Below are positions 24,593-34,942 of a stretch of 52,276 bases of DNA, piece by piece; positions within the stretch are counted from its first letter, which is position 1, and each line of letters starts with the position of its first letter. The stretch is taken from positions 1-52,276 of the IMG/VR virus record IMGVR_UViG_3300047552_000486, one strand, 5' to 3'. The position numbers and the translations under genes were made by a program. Below the pieces are notes generated by a model. The model was given only the letters and a program-made list of their open reading frames with translations. It ran no database searches and was not told the DNA's origin. The DNA is from a virus. Lineage: Duplodnaviria; Caudoviricetes.

Positions 24593-27388
24593 ATGGCTAC
24601 GGCAGCAGAATCAACATTAGCAAGTTTAACAGCGCAATATGATAGCGCAGTAGCAGCAGCAAGTGCGGCAGAAGCAGCTGCTGAATCACGCAGAGCTTCG
24701 GTCATTGCTTCTGGTGGTGAACCGTCTGAAGATGCTGAGTATCAAGCACTGGCAACTAAGTCTAGCGAATTAAACAAGGAAGTTGCGTCACTACAGGCGC
24801 AAGTCTATCAAGCGACCAATGATGTAAAAGCCGAAGCAGAAGCCGCGCAACGCGAGGCTGAGACTAAAGCAAAAGAATCAGAAGATGCAAAGAACGCAGC
24901 ACCAGCAGAGACAAAAAAGACTGCTGAGAACAAAGAAGATGAAGACAAGAAGCCAGAGAGTGACCAAGATAATCCTACGCAACAGTCATTAGCTTCTGGT
25001 ACCACACCAGCTAACGAATCAAAGAACGCAGATGTAAAGAGTGGACAAAAAGCAGGCAGTGGTACAACTGACGATAAAGAATCAGCAGACACGATTAAAC
25101 CTAAGATTAATCCACTTAGTGTACTGAGTAGTTACACATACGCAATCTCGCTCTATATGGTAACTCCTGAAACTATGAACAAGTTTACAGTAACTGGTAG
25201 CTTGAATGGTCTCAAGGGCAAGAATAAAGGCGACAGCGGTGATGGTGTTTATGTTGTTGCGCAGAGTGGCGGTATCAATAATAGTGTTGAAGATCGCTTG
25301 CTTACTATCGACCACAAATTAGGTGGCGGTCGCGAAGGTTACGATTACTACATTGACAACCTGCAGCTACAAACCCTCTTACCAGGTGGCGAAAACCGCG
25401 CGTCTGTTTCTACTTCAATTAAATTCAAAATCATTGAACCAAATAGTTTTGTATTCTTACAAGACATTGCCCGTGGCGCTGCTGAATTAAATGCGCGAAG
25501 TATACTCTTAAAGAGTCTACCAGATGGCCGTAAACCAAACGGGTTTAATCAACACTTTATTCTCGGCATCAAGTTCTATGGTTACGATGTCAATGGTGAG
25601 ATGATTACCAGCGCGAGTCCTGGATTCTCAGAATACAGTAACGGTGACAAAACTGATCCTGCTAGTGTTATTAATCGATACTTCGCAATCAAGTTTAGTG
25701 ATATGAAGTTTAAGATTGATGGTAAGACTGTTGTTTATGATTGTGAAGCACTGGTAATTGCTGAGCAAGCGGCTTATGGTAAAATTAACGCAACAATCAA
25801 AAAAGACTTTACGATATCTGGATCAACTGTTGGTGACGTAATTAATGGTGATGGTTCTGGTATTACCAGTCTTGCTACGGTTCTTAACAACGAAAAAGAT
25901 GCGCTATTGGATCGCAAACTGGTCGAAGCGCCTGGTAAAGTTGCTTTTGAATTCATCAATGATGCTGGCAAAGTATTAACTAACAGTGAGATTGCGGCAG
26001 CTGGTCTTATTAACGATGCTACATACACGGCAGCTACTAGTGCAATCTCAGTTGCAAAAACTACTAACGAAGTCACAATTGCTGACTCGGTTAAATCAAA
26101 CGGCATCGACAAATCAAAAAAGACAATCTCTGTTGCTCATGGACAAAACATATTAAACGTACTAGACAACATCATTGTTAAAAGTAATTATATCACCGAC
26201 GCACTCAAAGCAATCGCGGATGAAAACGTCGAGACTACCACTATTGCAAAAGCAGTGACTAAGAAATTAAAGTGGTATACGGTGAATCCGGTCGTTGAAG
26301 TTGGCACTGTTGATAAAGTTACTGGTTTGTGGAAGTATGATATCACGTATCAAATCAAGCCGTTTATGATTCCATATATCAGAACAAACAAAGCTGGTCT
26401 CACCAGTAAATATCCTGGCCCGTATAAACAATACAAATATTGGTTCACTGGTGAAAACAGTGAAGTGACTTCTTATACTCAGCAGTACGACAACTTGTTC
26501 TATACGGTTAATAGTATGAGTACCGACACTAGTAATTCTGCTAAAGCAGAAGGTGGTGCACCAGCGGCACCAAGTAACGGCTCTGCTAGCGATCAAAGTA
26601 GTGGCGCACAAAACAAAGGCAGTATGTTGAACGATGAAGTTCGTGCGCAGCTGTATAGTCCTAGTGACCAAAGTTCTGCAAAGATCACTATTCTTGGTGA
26701 CCCAGATTACATCATGACTGGTGTTGGTGTGCGTAATGGATACCTAAACAAATTCCATAGTAAAGATGGTAGCATATCGCCATTCGGCACACAGGTCTTT
26801 ATCGAGATGTCATTTAATATGTCAACTGACTATACCGACAACGGCGTACTAGATGTCACAGACCAACTTCAATTCTACAAAACTGATCGCACAAAGAAGG
26901 CCGGTATTCAGGGTATTGTTTACATGGTTAATAGTGTTGAGAGTACGTTTAACAAAGGCGCGTTCACACAAGTATTGGATTGCTTGTTGGTAATGGAAGA
27001 TAAATTAGTAACTGGTGATGCAAGTGTCGGCGCAGATCAACGAGCAACTGATGGCAATAACAGTGATGGTACTGGAACTATTAAAGGTGCTGGTGATACT
27101 AAGTCTGCTAAGAATCAAGTGCAGAGTGGAAGAGCCACAACAAATAGTAGCGGTAAGCCTAGTGCGCCCGCTGAGTCTAGTACCGAAGTGCGTGACAGTA
27201 ATGTTGAAGTGCCGCCGCCAGATCGCAGTGAAGAAGAAACTTCACCAACTGAAAAAGATGTACTTGCGGCTATGGACACACCAAACAACACGCTTACTAC
27301 AACTAATGGCGTCTCTGGTGTAGACGATGACGCTAAAGTGTATACAGGCGCCACCGACTACTATGACGCAGGCGATGAGACTGCTTAA
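24593..27388 (+). CDS. Baseplate hub protein (gp27-like) with low-complexity termini
   Basis: Lies between gp53 and gp5; ITILGDP and GIVYMVNSVESTF..G.FTQ.L are typical of hub C-termini. Confidence 0.65.
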   Translation: MATAAESTLASLTAQYDSAVAAASAAEAAAESRRASVIASGGEPSEDAEYQALATKSSELNKEVASLQAQVYQATNDVKAEAEAAQREAETKAKESEDAKNAAPAETKKTAENKEDEDKKPESDQDNPTQQSLASGTTPANESKNADVKSGQKAGSGTTDDKESADTIKPKINPLSVLSSYTYAISLYMVTPETMNKFTVTGSLNGLKGKNKGDSGDGVYVVAQSGGINNSVEDRLLTIDHKLGGGREGYDYYIDNLQLQTLLPGGENRASVSTSIKFKIIEPNSFVFLQDIARGAAELNARSILLKSLPDGRKPNGFNQHFILGIKFYGYDVNGEMITSASPGFSEYSNGDKTDPASVINRYFAIKFSDMKFKIDGKTVVYDCEALVIAEQAAYGKINATIKKDFTISGSTVGDVINGDGSGITSLATVLNNEKDALLDRKLVEAPGKVAFEFINDAGKVLTNSEIAAAGLINDATYTAATSAISVAKTTNEVTIADSVKSNGIDKSKKTISVAHGQNILNVLDNIIVKSNYITDALKAIADENVETTTIAKAVTKKLKWYTVNPVVEVGTVDKVTGLWKYDITYQIKPFMIPYIRTNKAGLTSKYPGPYKQYKYWFTGENSEVTSYTQQYDNLFYTVNSMSTDTSNSAKAEGGAPAAPSNGSASDQSSGAQNKGSMLNDEVRAQLYSPSDQSSAKITILGDPDYIMTGVGVRNGYLNKFHSKDGSISPFGTQVFIEMSFNMSTDYTDNGVLDVTDQLQFYKTDRTKKAGIQGIVYMVNSVESTFNKGAFTQVLDCLLVMEDKLVTGDASVGADQRATDGNNSDGTGTIKGAGDTKSAKNQVQSGRATTNSSGKPSAPAESSTEVRDSNVEVPPPDRSEEETSPTEKDVLAAMDTPNNTLTTTNGVSGVDDDAKVYTGATDYYDAGDETA

Positions 27389-27396
27389 GGAAAACA

Positions 27397-30300
27397 ATGG
27401 CAACACGTGACGATATTAAAAAGAATGGCACAGACAATCTGTATAAGAATGACAGAGGCAAGTCTACGCTTATTACAGAACCAGTCATTGGTGTCGTGAA
27501 GAACAACGTAGACCCAACTCGCAGTGGTCAAATATTTGTGTACATCGGTTCATTCGGTGGAAGTAATCCTGACAGTAAAGAAAACTGGATTCCAGTTCGT
27601 TACATGAGTCCGTTCATGGGACTAGTTGGTCCAAACAATGATTACAAAGACGGTCCTGATAAGAGTGGTTATGGTAAGTTTACTGGTAATCCACAGAGTT
27701 ATGGATTCTGGGCTAGTGCGCCAGACTTAGGCACTGAAGTAGTTTGTATATTTGTAAACGGTCGTATCGATCAGGGATTCTACATCGGTTGTATTCCAAA
27801 GCCTGGACTGTTGTCAATGACACCAGCAATCGGAGCTACTACTAATGTGGTGCCAAATGGTGAAGAAGCCACTAGTTATGGTGGCGCTGACAGATTGCCT
27901 ACTAGTGAAGTCAACTATAGTAATCCAAGTATCAGAAAGAGTGCACAGGTGTTCAATGAACCAAAGCCTGTACATTCGTACCAAGCAAGTGTCTTATCGA
28001 ACCAAGGATTGATTCGTGATAACACTCGTGGTGTAATCTCTAGTAGTGCTCAGCGTGAGTCACCAAGTCGCGTATTTGGTATCAGTACTCCTGGTGGTCC
28101 AATTTTTGAAGGTGGCTATACTGCATCAACAATTGTGTCTGCCGTTAAAAAGGGTACCGATACTAATAAATTAAAGATCATCGGCCGTACTGGCGGTCAT
28201 TCATTGGTGATGGATGATGGTACCATAAGCGGTGCTGATCAATTAATGAGATTACGTACTTCAGGCGGACATCAGATTATGATGAATGATAGTGGTCAGG
28301 CGCTATTCATCATTCACTCTAATGGTCAAACTTGGATTGAATTGGGCAAAGAAGGCACCATTGATATGTATGCCACAAACTCATTCAACGTTCGCTCTCA
28401 AGGTGACTTGAATTTACACGCTGATAAGAACGTCAACATCAACGCTGGTGTTAGTTTGAATTTATATGGGGGCGGAGTCAAAATCGAGAGTGGTAAAGAT
28501 ATGTCATTCAGAGCAGGCGCAAACTTCATTGGCTACGCTGCTACTAACTACACAATCAAAGCTGGCTCTAACTTAGGACTGAGCGCTAGTGGTGAAGGCG
28601 GATTCGTGGCAGGCGGTACTGCATTCGTCAAAGGTGCTAAACTAGATTTAAACGGCGGTGACCCATCAACGTCACCAGGTGAAGCACCGGCGATTGCTCG
28701 TAAGAGTCACGTTGATACTACGTTTAGTAAGAAGGCTGGTTGGATGAATCCTGCGCCGCAACCTCTGTCTAGTATTACCAGCAGAGCACCAGCTCACCAA
28801 CCCTGGGTAGGCGCGAGTGTTGGCGCCCCAGTTAAAGTCGATCCAGTTGCACCACCATTAGCTCCAGCGAGTTCAGTTGACACAGCTAATAGCGAGACAC
28901 CAGCTACACCAACAGAGACGGTCTCTCCTGCGGAAATCAAAGCCGCACCCGCTGCTTCTAACTTGAGTGATGCAGTGAACCCATCTGCTGTAACAGCGAT
29001 GACTGGTCAAGTAGCGTTGGCAGCACAAGGAGCATCGGCAGCTGATGCTGCTAAAGCTGGTGTGTTAGATTCAAGTAGTGGTTTAACTGCTAAGATGGCA
29101 GAAGCTGGTAAAGCACTGTTACCAGGCGCATCTAAATTGGCAACTGACTTGATGGCTAAAGGCATGCCTGCTGGTAAAGCATTAAGTGGTTTGATGTCCG
29201 GTGGTGGCACACCAAGTACACCTTCGTCACTGTTGGGCAATAACCGTTCACAAGCTGGTATCGTACAATCAGTTATAAGTAGTGGTGCTGATATGCTAAA
29301 ACGTGCGGGATTATTAACTGGTAAAGAAAGTTCAGCACAAAGCGGTGGTTCAATCATGGCAGCTGCAACAGCTGGTGCTGGTTACGTAACTGGTCTGTTG
29401 AAGAAGGGACCAGGCGCACTGAAGGATGCATTCTCTAAGGGCGCTGGTGCAGTCTCTGGCATGGTAGGTTCACTAGGCAATATGTTTGCTGGCGGCAAAG
29501 CTGCTGGCGGTGCTTCTGATAGTATGAGTTTTGCTGGCTTGAAGTCTAGCTTGAGCGGACTTGGTGATAAAGCGTTAGGTGGTCTATCGTCACTAGGTGG
29601 TAGTCTAATGAGTGGCATGCAAACTGCGTTTGCTGCGGTTGAAACTTCATTTGCTGGCTTAACTGGTGGTAAACCAAACTCTCTTGGTGCTAAGACTAGT
29701 GTTGCTGTTGATAGCGCTGCATCAAAGTCAGGTAAATCTTATGATGCTGCGATTGCTGAACGCGAGTCTGCTGAAGTTGCTTACTTGGCAGCTAAGCAAG
29801 CGCACAGAAACAGCGGTAGTGCTGAAGACTATGCTACTCTACAGGCGGCAGAACGCAGATATAATTTAGCGCAACAGGCTGTTGCACAATTAGGTACTAC
29901 CTACATTGCCACAGCTGGTTCTAAGACAACTACGACAAAGAAATCAAGTACAGCTTCAAGTGGAACATCTATGCTTCCAGGTGGATTAAAAAGTTTGATG
30001 GCTACTGTTACAGGTGCTGCAAGTTCAATCACGTCCTTGTTTAAGAAGGTAGGTGACATTGACCCAAGTACGGCCTTGGCTGATGCACAATCATTAGCTG
30101 GCGACATGATGGGCAAAGCGTCTGACGCTATTAGTTCAGCAAGTAATTCGGTGAGTGGTGCACTTGATTCAGCAACTAGTTCTGCTAGTGGTATGATGGC
30201 AGAACTTGAGACTGGTATTGGCAGTCTAGGTGGTCTCTTTGGTGATGACCCTCCTGTTGCTGCTACCAATACATTTGATAAAGCGTCTATGACAGCTAAG

Positions 30301-30603
30301 ATGGGCAGTTTGCTTGGTGATCCTAAGATTCCGGTGCCGGTATTTGGTGACGCTCCAGTTGCCTCCGCTGATGCTGATGAGATCGCCAGTAAATCTGCCG
30401 ATGCGATTGTTGCGCTTGATGAAGCACGAAGTCAGCTTAATTTGGAAGAAGTACAATTAGCAGCTATATTCCAAAAGGTGGTGAATGGTGTTCTAACTGA
30501 AGACGAGGCTTATCCGCTGATTACCTCCCAGCAGGCTAAAGTAGACTCTGCTAAAGAGTCACTGGCAAGTGCGGAAGACGCTTACTCACAGACGCTAGCT
30601 TAA
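27397..30603 (+). CDS. gp5: Central spike protein (gp5/VgrG-like) with a long A/G/S-rich C-terminal extension
   Basis: OB-fold VKNNVDPTRSGQI...PDLGTEVVCIF; GHSLVMDD, RTSGGHQI.MND and beta-helix repeats; no lysozyme motif seen. Confidence 0.8.
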   Translation: MATRDDIKKNGTDNLYKNDRGKSTLITEPVIGVVKNNVDPTRSGQIFVYIGSFGGSNPDSKENWIPVRYMSPFMGLVGPNNDYKDGPDKSGYGKFTGNPQSYGFWASAPDLGTEVVCIFVNGRIDQGFYIGCIPKPGLLSMTPAIGATTNVVPNGEEATSYGGADRLPTSEVNYSNPSIRKSAQVFNEPKPVHSYQASVLSNQGLIRDNTRGVISSSAQRESPSRVFGISTPGGPIFEGGYTASTIVSAVKKGTDTNKLKIIGRTGGHSLVMDDGTISGADQLMRLRTSGGHQIMMNDSGQALFIIHSNGQTWIELGKEGTIDMYATNSFNVRSQGDLNLHADKNVNINAGVSLNLYGGGVKIESGKDMSFRAGANFIGYAATNYTIKAGSNLGLSASGEGGFVAGGTAFVKGAKLDLNGGDPSTSPGEAPAIARKSHVDTTFSKKAGWMNPAPQPLSSITSRAPAHQPWVGASVGAPVKVDPVAPPLAPASSVDTANSETPATPTETVSPAEIKAAPAASNLSDAVNPSAVTAMTGQVALAAQGASAADAAKAGVLDSSSGLTAKMAEAGKALLPGASKLATDLMAKGMPAGKALSGLMSGGGTPSTPSSLLGNNRSQAGIVQSVISSGADMLKRAGLLTGKESSAQSGGSIMAAATAGAGYVTGLLKKGPGALKDAFSKGAGAVSGMVGSLGNMFAGGKAAGGASDSMSFAGLKSSLSGLGDKALGGLSSLGGSLMSGMQTAFAAVETSFAGLTGGKPNSLGAKTSVAVDSAASKSGKSYDAAIAERESAEVAYLAAKQAHRNSGSAEDYATLQAAERRYNLAQQAVAQLGTTYIATAGSKTTTTKKSSTASSGTSMLPGGLKSLMATVTGAASSITSLFKKVGDIDPSTALADAQSLAGDMMGKASDAISSASNSVSGALDSATSSASGMMAELETGIGSLGGLFGDDPPVAATNTFDKASMTAKMGSLLGDPKIPVPVFGDAPVASADADEIASKSADAIVALDEARSQLNLEEVQLAAIFQKVVNGVLTEDEAYPLITSQQAKVDSAKESLASAEDAYSQTLA

Positions 30604-30614
30604 CTAAATATAGT

Positions 30615-31070
30615 ATGCCTACCTACTTTGGATTCTCAACTATTAATGCGCTGAAGTCAAATGCTATTAAAAGTAGCACTGACTCAGCGTTTGTGCCTGG
30701 TGCCATTAATGGTGTTCCTAAGCCGCGCACCACACGCAAATTCAGATTAACAGATGAAGAGTTGATTATTCGTGACTTTACAAATGCGCTGTTAATCAAA
30801 CAGGGTGAAAAGCCAGGTAACCCGACTTATGGCACCACTATTTGGAATCTGGTTTTTGAGCCATCTAATTCAGACACTCAAGCTGCCATAGAGGAAGAGA
30901 TTCGCCGAGTTGCTAGCTTGGACCCTCGCCTAAATATCGAATCCCTGCTGGTGTATATGTCAGATGACACAGTGTTGCTCCAGCTGGAAGTCTCTTACAA
31001 CCCAGGTGGCGGTGGTCAGACTCTTAGTTTGACAATGAGTAAGAGTTCTGGGACTATCACGCAGAGTTAA
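30615..31070 (+). CDS. gp25: Baseplate wedge/sheath initiator (gp25-like)
   Basis: GEKPGNPTYGTTIWNLVFEP...DPR; ACTAAATA at 30603-30610. Confidence 0.9.
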   Translation: MPTYFGFSTINALKSNAIKSSTDSAFVPGAINGVPKPRTTRKFRLTDEELIIRDFTNALLIKQGEKPGNPTYGTTIWNLVFEPSNSDTQAAIEEEIRRVASLDPRLNIESLLVYMSDDTVLLQLEVSYNPGGGGQTLSLTMSKSSGTITQS

Positions 31071-31116
31071 AGTCTGCTTTTTGGCGCGATAAATAGTAGA
31101 TATTAGGATCTACACT

Positions 31117-34100
31117 ATGGCATCAACATCTCGTCAATCAAGTCTCTTCGGTACCACCGACTGGAAAAAGGCCTATCAGGCTTATAGTGCGGCCGATTTG
31201 CAGTCATATGATTACGAATCTCTACGTGCAGGCTTCATTGCTTATTTGACCCAACAATATCCCGAGGCATACAATGATTATGTGGAGTCGTCGGAATTCG
31301 TAGCACTCATGGACGTCATGGCTTATATGGGTCAGGCACTGGCATTCCGTTCAGACTTAAACGCCCGTGAATCATTTATTGACACTGCTCAGCGTAGAGA
31401 TTCCGTCATTAAATTGGCAAATTTAGTTGGTTACAATCCGAAGAGAAACATCGCGGGTCAGGGGCTGGTAAAAGTCACCGCTATCTCCACAACTGAAAAC
31501 ATCTCTGACATCAACGGCGTTAATCTATCAAACCAAACAATCTTATGGAATGACGCCGCCAACAGCAGCTGGCAAGAGCAGTTCAACACTATCTTAAACG
31601 CAGCACTACTAAACAATCAACGCATTGGTAAACCAGGGAATTCCCAGACGCTGCTCGATATCAAAACTGATGAGTACACAATGAACATTCCATCTGGCAT
31701 CTTGCCAGTGATGCCATATCAGGCCCAAGTAGACGGCCAGATCATGAACTTTGAATTAGTATCTACCACTAGTTTGAATCAGACTTATTTGTATGAAGTG
31801 CCACCAGCGCCGAACGGCCAGTTTAATATCTTGTATCGCAATGACAAGCTGGGTTATGGAAGTATCAACACAGGATTCTTCTTCTACTTTAAACAAGGTC
31901 AGTTACAGACCAGTAACTTCTCATTCAAAGAAAAGATTCAAAACAACTTACAACAAATTAATGTGCAGGGTGTTAATAACGAAGACACTTGGTTATACTC
32001 AGTTGATAATCAGGGAACTGTTGACAAGCTATGGACTCAGGTTGAAAGTATCTATGCTGGTACTACCAGTACCACTGGTGTGAAGACGCTATACAGTGTT
32101 GCTAGTAGAGCAAACGACGAAGTATCTTATGTGTTTGGTGACGGCGTTTTTGGTCAGATTCCTATTGGTAGCTATCGTGCTTATCTGCGCAGTAGTAATG
32201 CGCTAAAGTACACAATTGACACTAGTGAAATGTCTGGCTTAACTGCTACCATCAACTATGTAAGTCGTACAAAACGCACTGAGCAATTAACATTTACATT
32301 CTCGTTACAAGTACCATGCAGTACCAGTCAGAATCGTGAGACTTTGACTAATATCAAAGAACGAGCACCGGCTAAGTTCTACTCTCAGAACCGTATGGTA
32401 AATGGTGAAGATTATACTAGCTTCCCATTCACCTTGTACAACTCAATCATCAAGTCGAAAGCGTTAAACCGCACAAGTATTGGCGTGTCTCGTAATCTTG
32501 ACTTGTTAGACCCTACTGGTAAATACTCGTCAACTAATATCTTCTCTGATGACGGCGCGTTGACATTCTCCGACACGTCTACAGTAACTACCTTCTCAAC
32601 AAGCTCCTCTAATTATGCAACTGAGTTTTTGACCAGTACATTACCCGCGCTGTTGAATCGCGCTGAGTGTGTACAATATTATCACACGTATTATGGTAAA
32701 CAAAAAGGTACGGTTGGTGTCGAACATGCTAAGAAGCGAGTATTCTGGCAGTTGGTTACTATTAGTGGTAGTCAAGTCACTGGTTACTTCTATACAACTG
32801 CTGATAATCTACCAACAACTGTGCTTACTAATCAAACGCCACAAGCTCTTGGTTCGTTTAGTAGTGACAATTTAAAGTTTATCTCAACTGGTGCCTTGAT
32901 TAAGTTGCAGCCAGTAAATAAGGACTATCGTTTTGATTCTAACAATCGACTAGTGGCAAATACAACAGATAAAGAATATCTATGGGTAGGTGTTGACAAC
33001 GTTAGTGGTGACGGCTACAACTATGGTACTGGTAAATTGGCAAACGGTCATGGTCCAGTTACGTTAAGCGCGTATATTCCAAACGGCACTATGTTGTTTA
33101 ACGATATAGTGATTGATTCTACTACTGGTAATGATGATGATACATCTACTGGTGCGATTATTCCATCATTTGACAACACACTGAGTAGTACAATTGCCGG
33201 CTCAGCACTTGGTTACATCAGATTACAAAAAGACTTTGTGTTACAGTATAATAATACTCTGTCACCAACCTCTGAACGCTGGAGTGTTATCGCAGCAGCG
33301 AGTGCTGGTACTACACCGGCCTCTTATCTTGTTAAGTTTACCTACAGTTCAAGTGACTCAAAATATACAGTGACTGTTCGCAACGTAACTTATTCATTTG
33401 CAAGCGTGAGTGGTGTACGATTCTTATTTGATTCTAATAAGCGAGTGTATGACCCAAAGACTGGCGCCGTGTTGAGTGACTTTGTTAAGCTAACTGAGAC
33501 TGACATTGTTCTTAACGTAACAGATCAACCAGTACAGAGTGATGGATTTAAAAACGACTTTGAAGTATCAGTGAGTCCTATTAACGCTACAACTGGCTAT
33601 AGTAGTAACCCAGACTTCTTTACCGCTAAGCTGAATGGCAATACTGTTGTGGAACCAAATTCAGCTGTGTTCTTCTCACGCGATACTGAGACTTCTGGTA
33701 TCGAAACGCTACAATTGCTAACAGCTGGTAAAGTTATCTATACTACTGAATTGAGTACATTTGACTTGGTGAACAATAAGAAGGAAGAGTATCCAGTTGA
33801 TACTGTGTTCTATTGCGTTGATGCGTTGACTGCTAATCTGGTTGTATCTAAGCCTAACGCGGCACCGGCCAATACGCAATACACGGTCACTGCGACTACG
33901 AGTATGAATCATAAGATTCCTACTGGTAACGTCACTATTCAAATAACTGGTGCTAGTAATAGTTACACGTATTTGGATGCTAGTAGCAATTCAAACATTA
34001 CTGTTGATTACAGCGTATTGAATGGTACACATCAGGGTACGGTAGGAGCATCAACTGTTGCGAACTCTGCCAATACTATAACGTTTACAGTGACCAATTC

Positions 34101-34884
34101 ATCTAATGCGATAATTACCGGCACCACTATTACTGGTGAACCAAAGCCTGTACCAGTGACAATCATCAACCGATTCTACAAGTCTAGTGAAGACGCAACT
34201 GTGATTCCACCAGTAACTGTTATGACAGACGTTACACCTAATTACCTGGTAAAGCCTGGTAAAGGTAGTTCAATCAAGTTCCAGTATCGCCATAACTCTG
34301 GTCAGACTAGCAGAATCGACCCTGCTACTACAAACATCATTGACTTGTATTTGGTGACACAAAGTTACTATACTCAGTACACTAACTGGATTACGGATAC
34401 TACTGGTGGAGTGGCAGAACCATCTGTGCCTACCATTAACGAGCTCCAGCAGTCCTATGCTGAGATTAACAGCTATAAGATGATCAGTGACGCGGTTGTG
34501 TTAAACAGTGTTCGCTTTAAGCCGCTCTTTGGTAGTAAAGCAGAAGCTAAATTACGTGCTACTATCAAGGTAGTAAAGAACTCTAAGTCAACTGCCAGTG
34601 ACAGCCAGATTCGCAGTAGCGTCTTATCGGCGTTAAACTCGTACTTTGCTATCGAAAACTGGGACTTCGGTGACGTAATGTACTTTACGGAATTATCAGC
34701 TTATCTCCATGCACAGCTGGGCAGTTTAATTAGTTCGGTTATCTTGGTGCCAACTGATCCTACGCTCCAATTCGGTGACATGTATGAGGTGCGTTGTGAG
34801 CCAGACCAAATCTTCGTGAATGGTGCCACTGCGTCTGACATCTCTGTGATTACTAGCTTGACCGCAGCAAATATGGGCCGTTAA
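31117..34884 (+). CDS. gp6: Baseplate wedge subunit (gp6-like), enlarged
   Basis: DYESLR...ESFIDTAQRRDSVIKLANLVGYNPKR, FGDGVFG.IP, QNRMVNGEDY; GATAAATA at 31088-31095. Confidence 0.9.
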   Translation: MASTSRQSSLFGTTDWKKAYQAYSAADLQSYDYESLRAGFIAYLTQQYPEAYNDYVESSEFVALMDVMAYMGQALAFRSDLNARESFIDTAQRRDSVIKLANLVGYNPKRNIAGQGLVKVTAISTTENISDINGVNLSNQTILWNDAANSSWQEQFNTILNAALLNNQRIGKPGNSQTLLDIKTDEYTMNIPSGILPVMPYQAQVDGQIMNFELVSTTSLNQTYLYEVPPAPNGQFNILYRNDKLGYGSINTGFFFYFKQGQLQTSNFSFKEKIQNNLQQINVQGVNNEDTWLYSVDNQGTVDKLWTQVESIYAGTTSTTGVKTLYSVASRANDEVSYVFGDGVFGQIPIGSYRAYLRSSNALKYTIDTSEMSGLTATINYVSRTKRTEQLTFTFSLQVPCSTSQNRETLTNIKERAPAKFYSQNRMVNGEDYTSFPFTLYNSIIKSKALNRTSIGVSRNLDLLDPTGKYSSTNIFSDDGALTFSDTSTVTTFSTSSSNYATEFLTSTLPALLNRAECVQYYHTYYGKQKGTVGVEHAKKRVFWQLVTISGSQVTGYFYTTADNLPTTVLTNQTPQALGSFSSDNLKFISTGALIKLQPVNKDYRFDSNNRLVANTTDKEYLWVGVDNVSGDGYNYGTGKLANGHGPVTLSAYIPNGTMLFNDIVIDSTTGNDDDTSTGAIIPSFDNTLSSTIAGSALGYIRLQKDFVLQYNNTLSPTSERWSVIAAASAGTTPASYLVKFTYSSSDSKYTVTVRNVTYSFASVSGVRFLFDSNKRVYDPKTGAVLSDFVKLTETDIVLNVTDQPVQSDGFKNDFEVSVSPINATTGYSSNPDFFTAKLNGNTVVEPNSAVFFSRDTETSGIETLQLLTAGKVIYTTELSTFDLVNNKKEEYPVDTVFYCVDALTANLVVSKPNAAPANTQYTVTATTSMNHKIPTGNVTIQITGASNSYTYLDASSNSNITVDYSVLNGTHQGTVGASTVANSANTITFTVTNSSNAIITGTTITGEPKPVPVTIINRFYKSSEDATVIPPVTVMTDVTPNYLVKPGKGSSIKFQYRHNSGQTSRIDPATTNIIDLYLVTQSYYTQYTNWITDTTGGVAEPSVPTINELQQSYAEINSYKMISDAVVLNSVRFKPLFGSKAEAKLRATIKVVKNSKSTASDSQIRSSVLSALNSYFAIENWDFGDVMYFTELSAYLHAQLGSLISSVILVPTDPTLQFGDMYEVRCEPDQIFVNGATASDISVITSLTAANMGR

Positions 34885-34942
34885 TTCAGAAATCACCTGT
34901 TTTTGTATAGATAAATACAGTAATAACAGGTGATCAAAGAAC

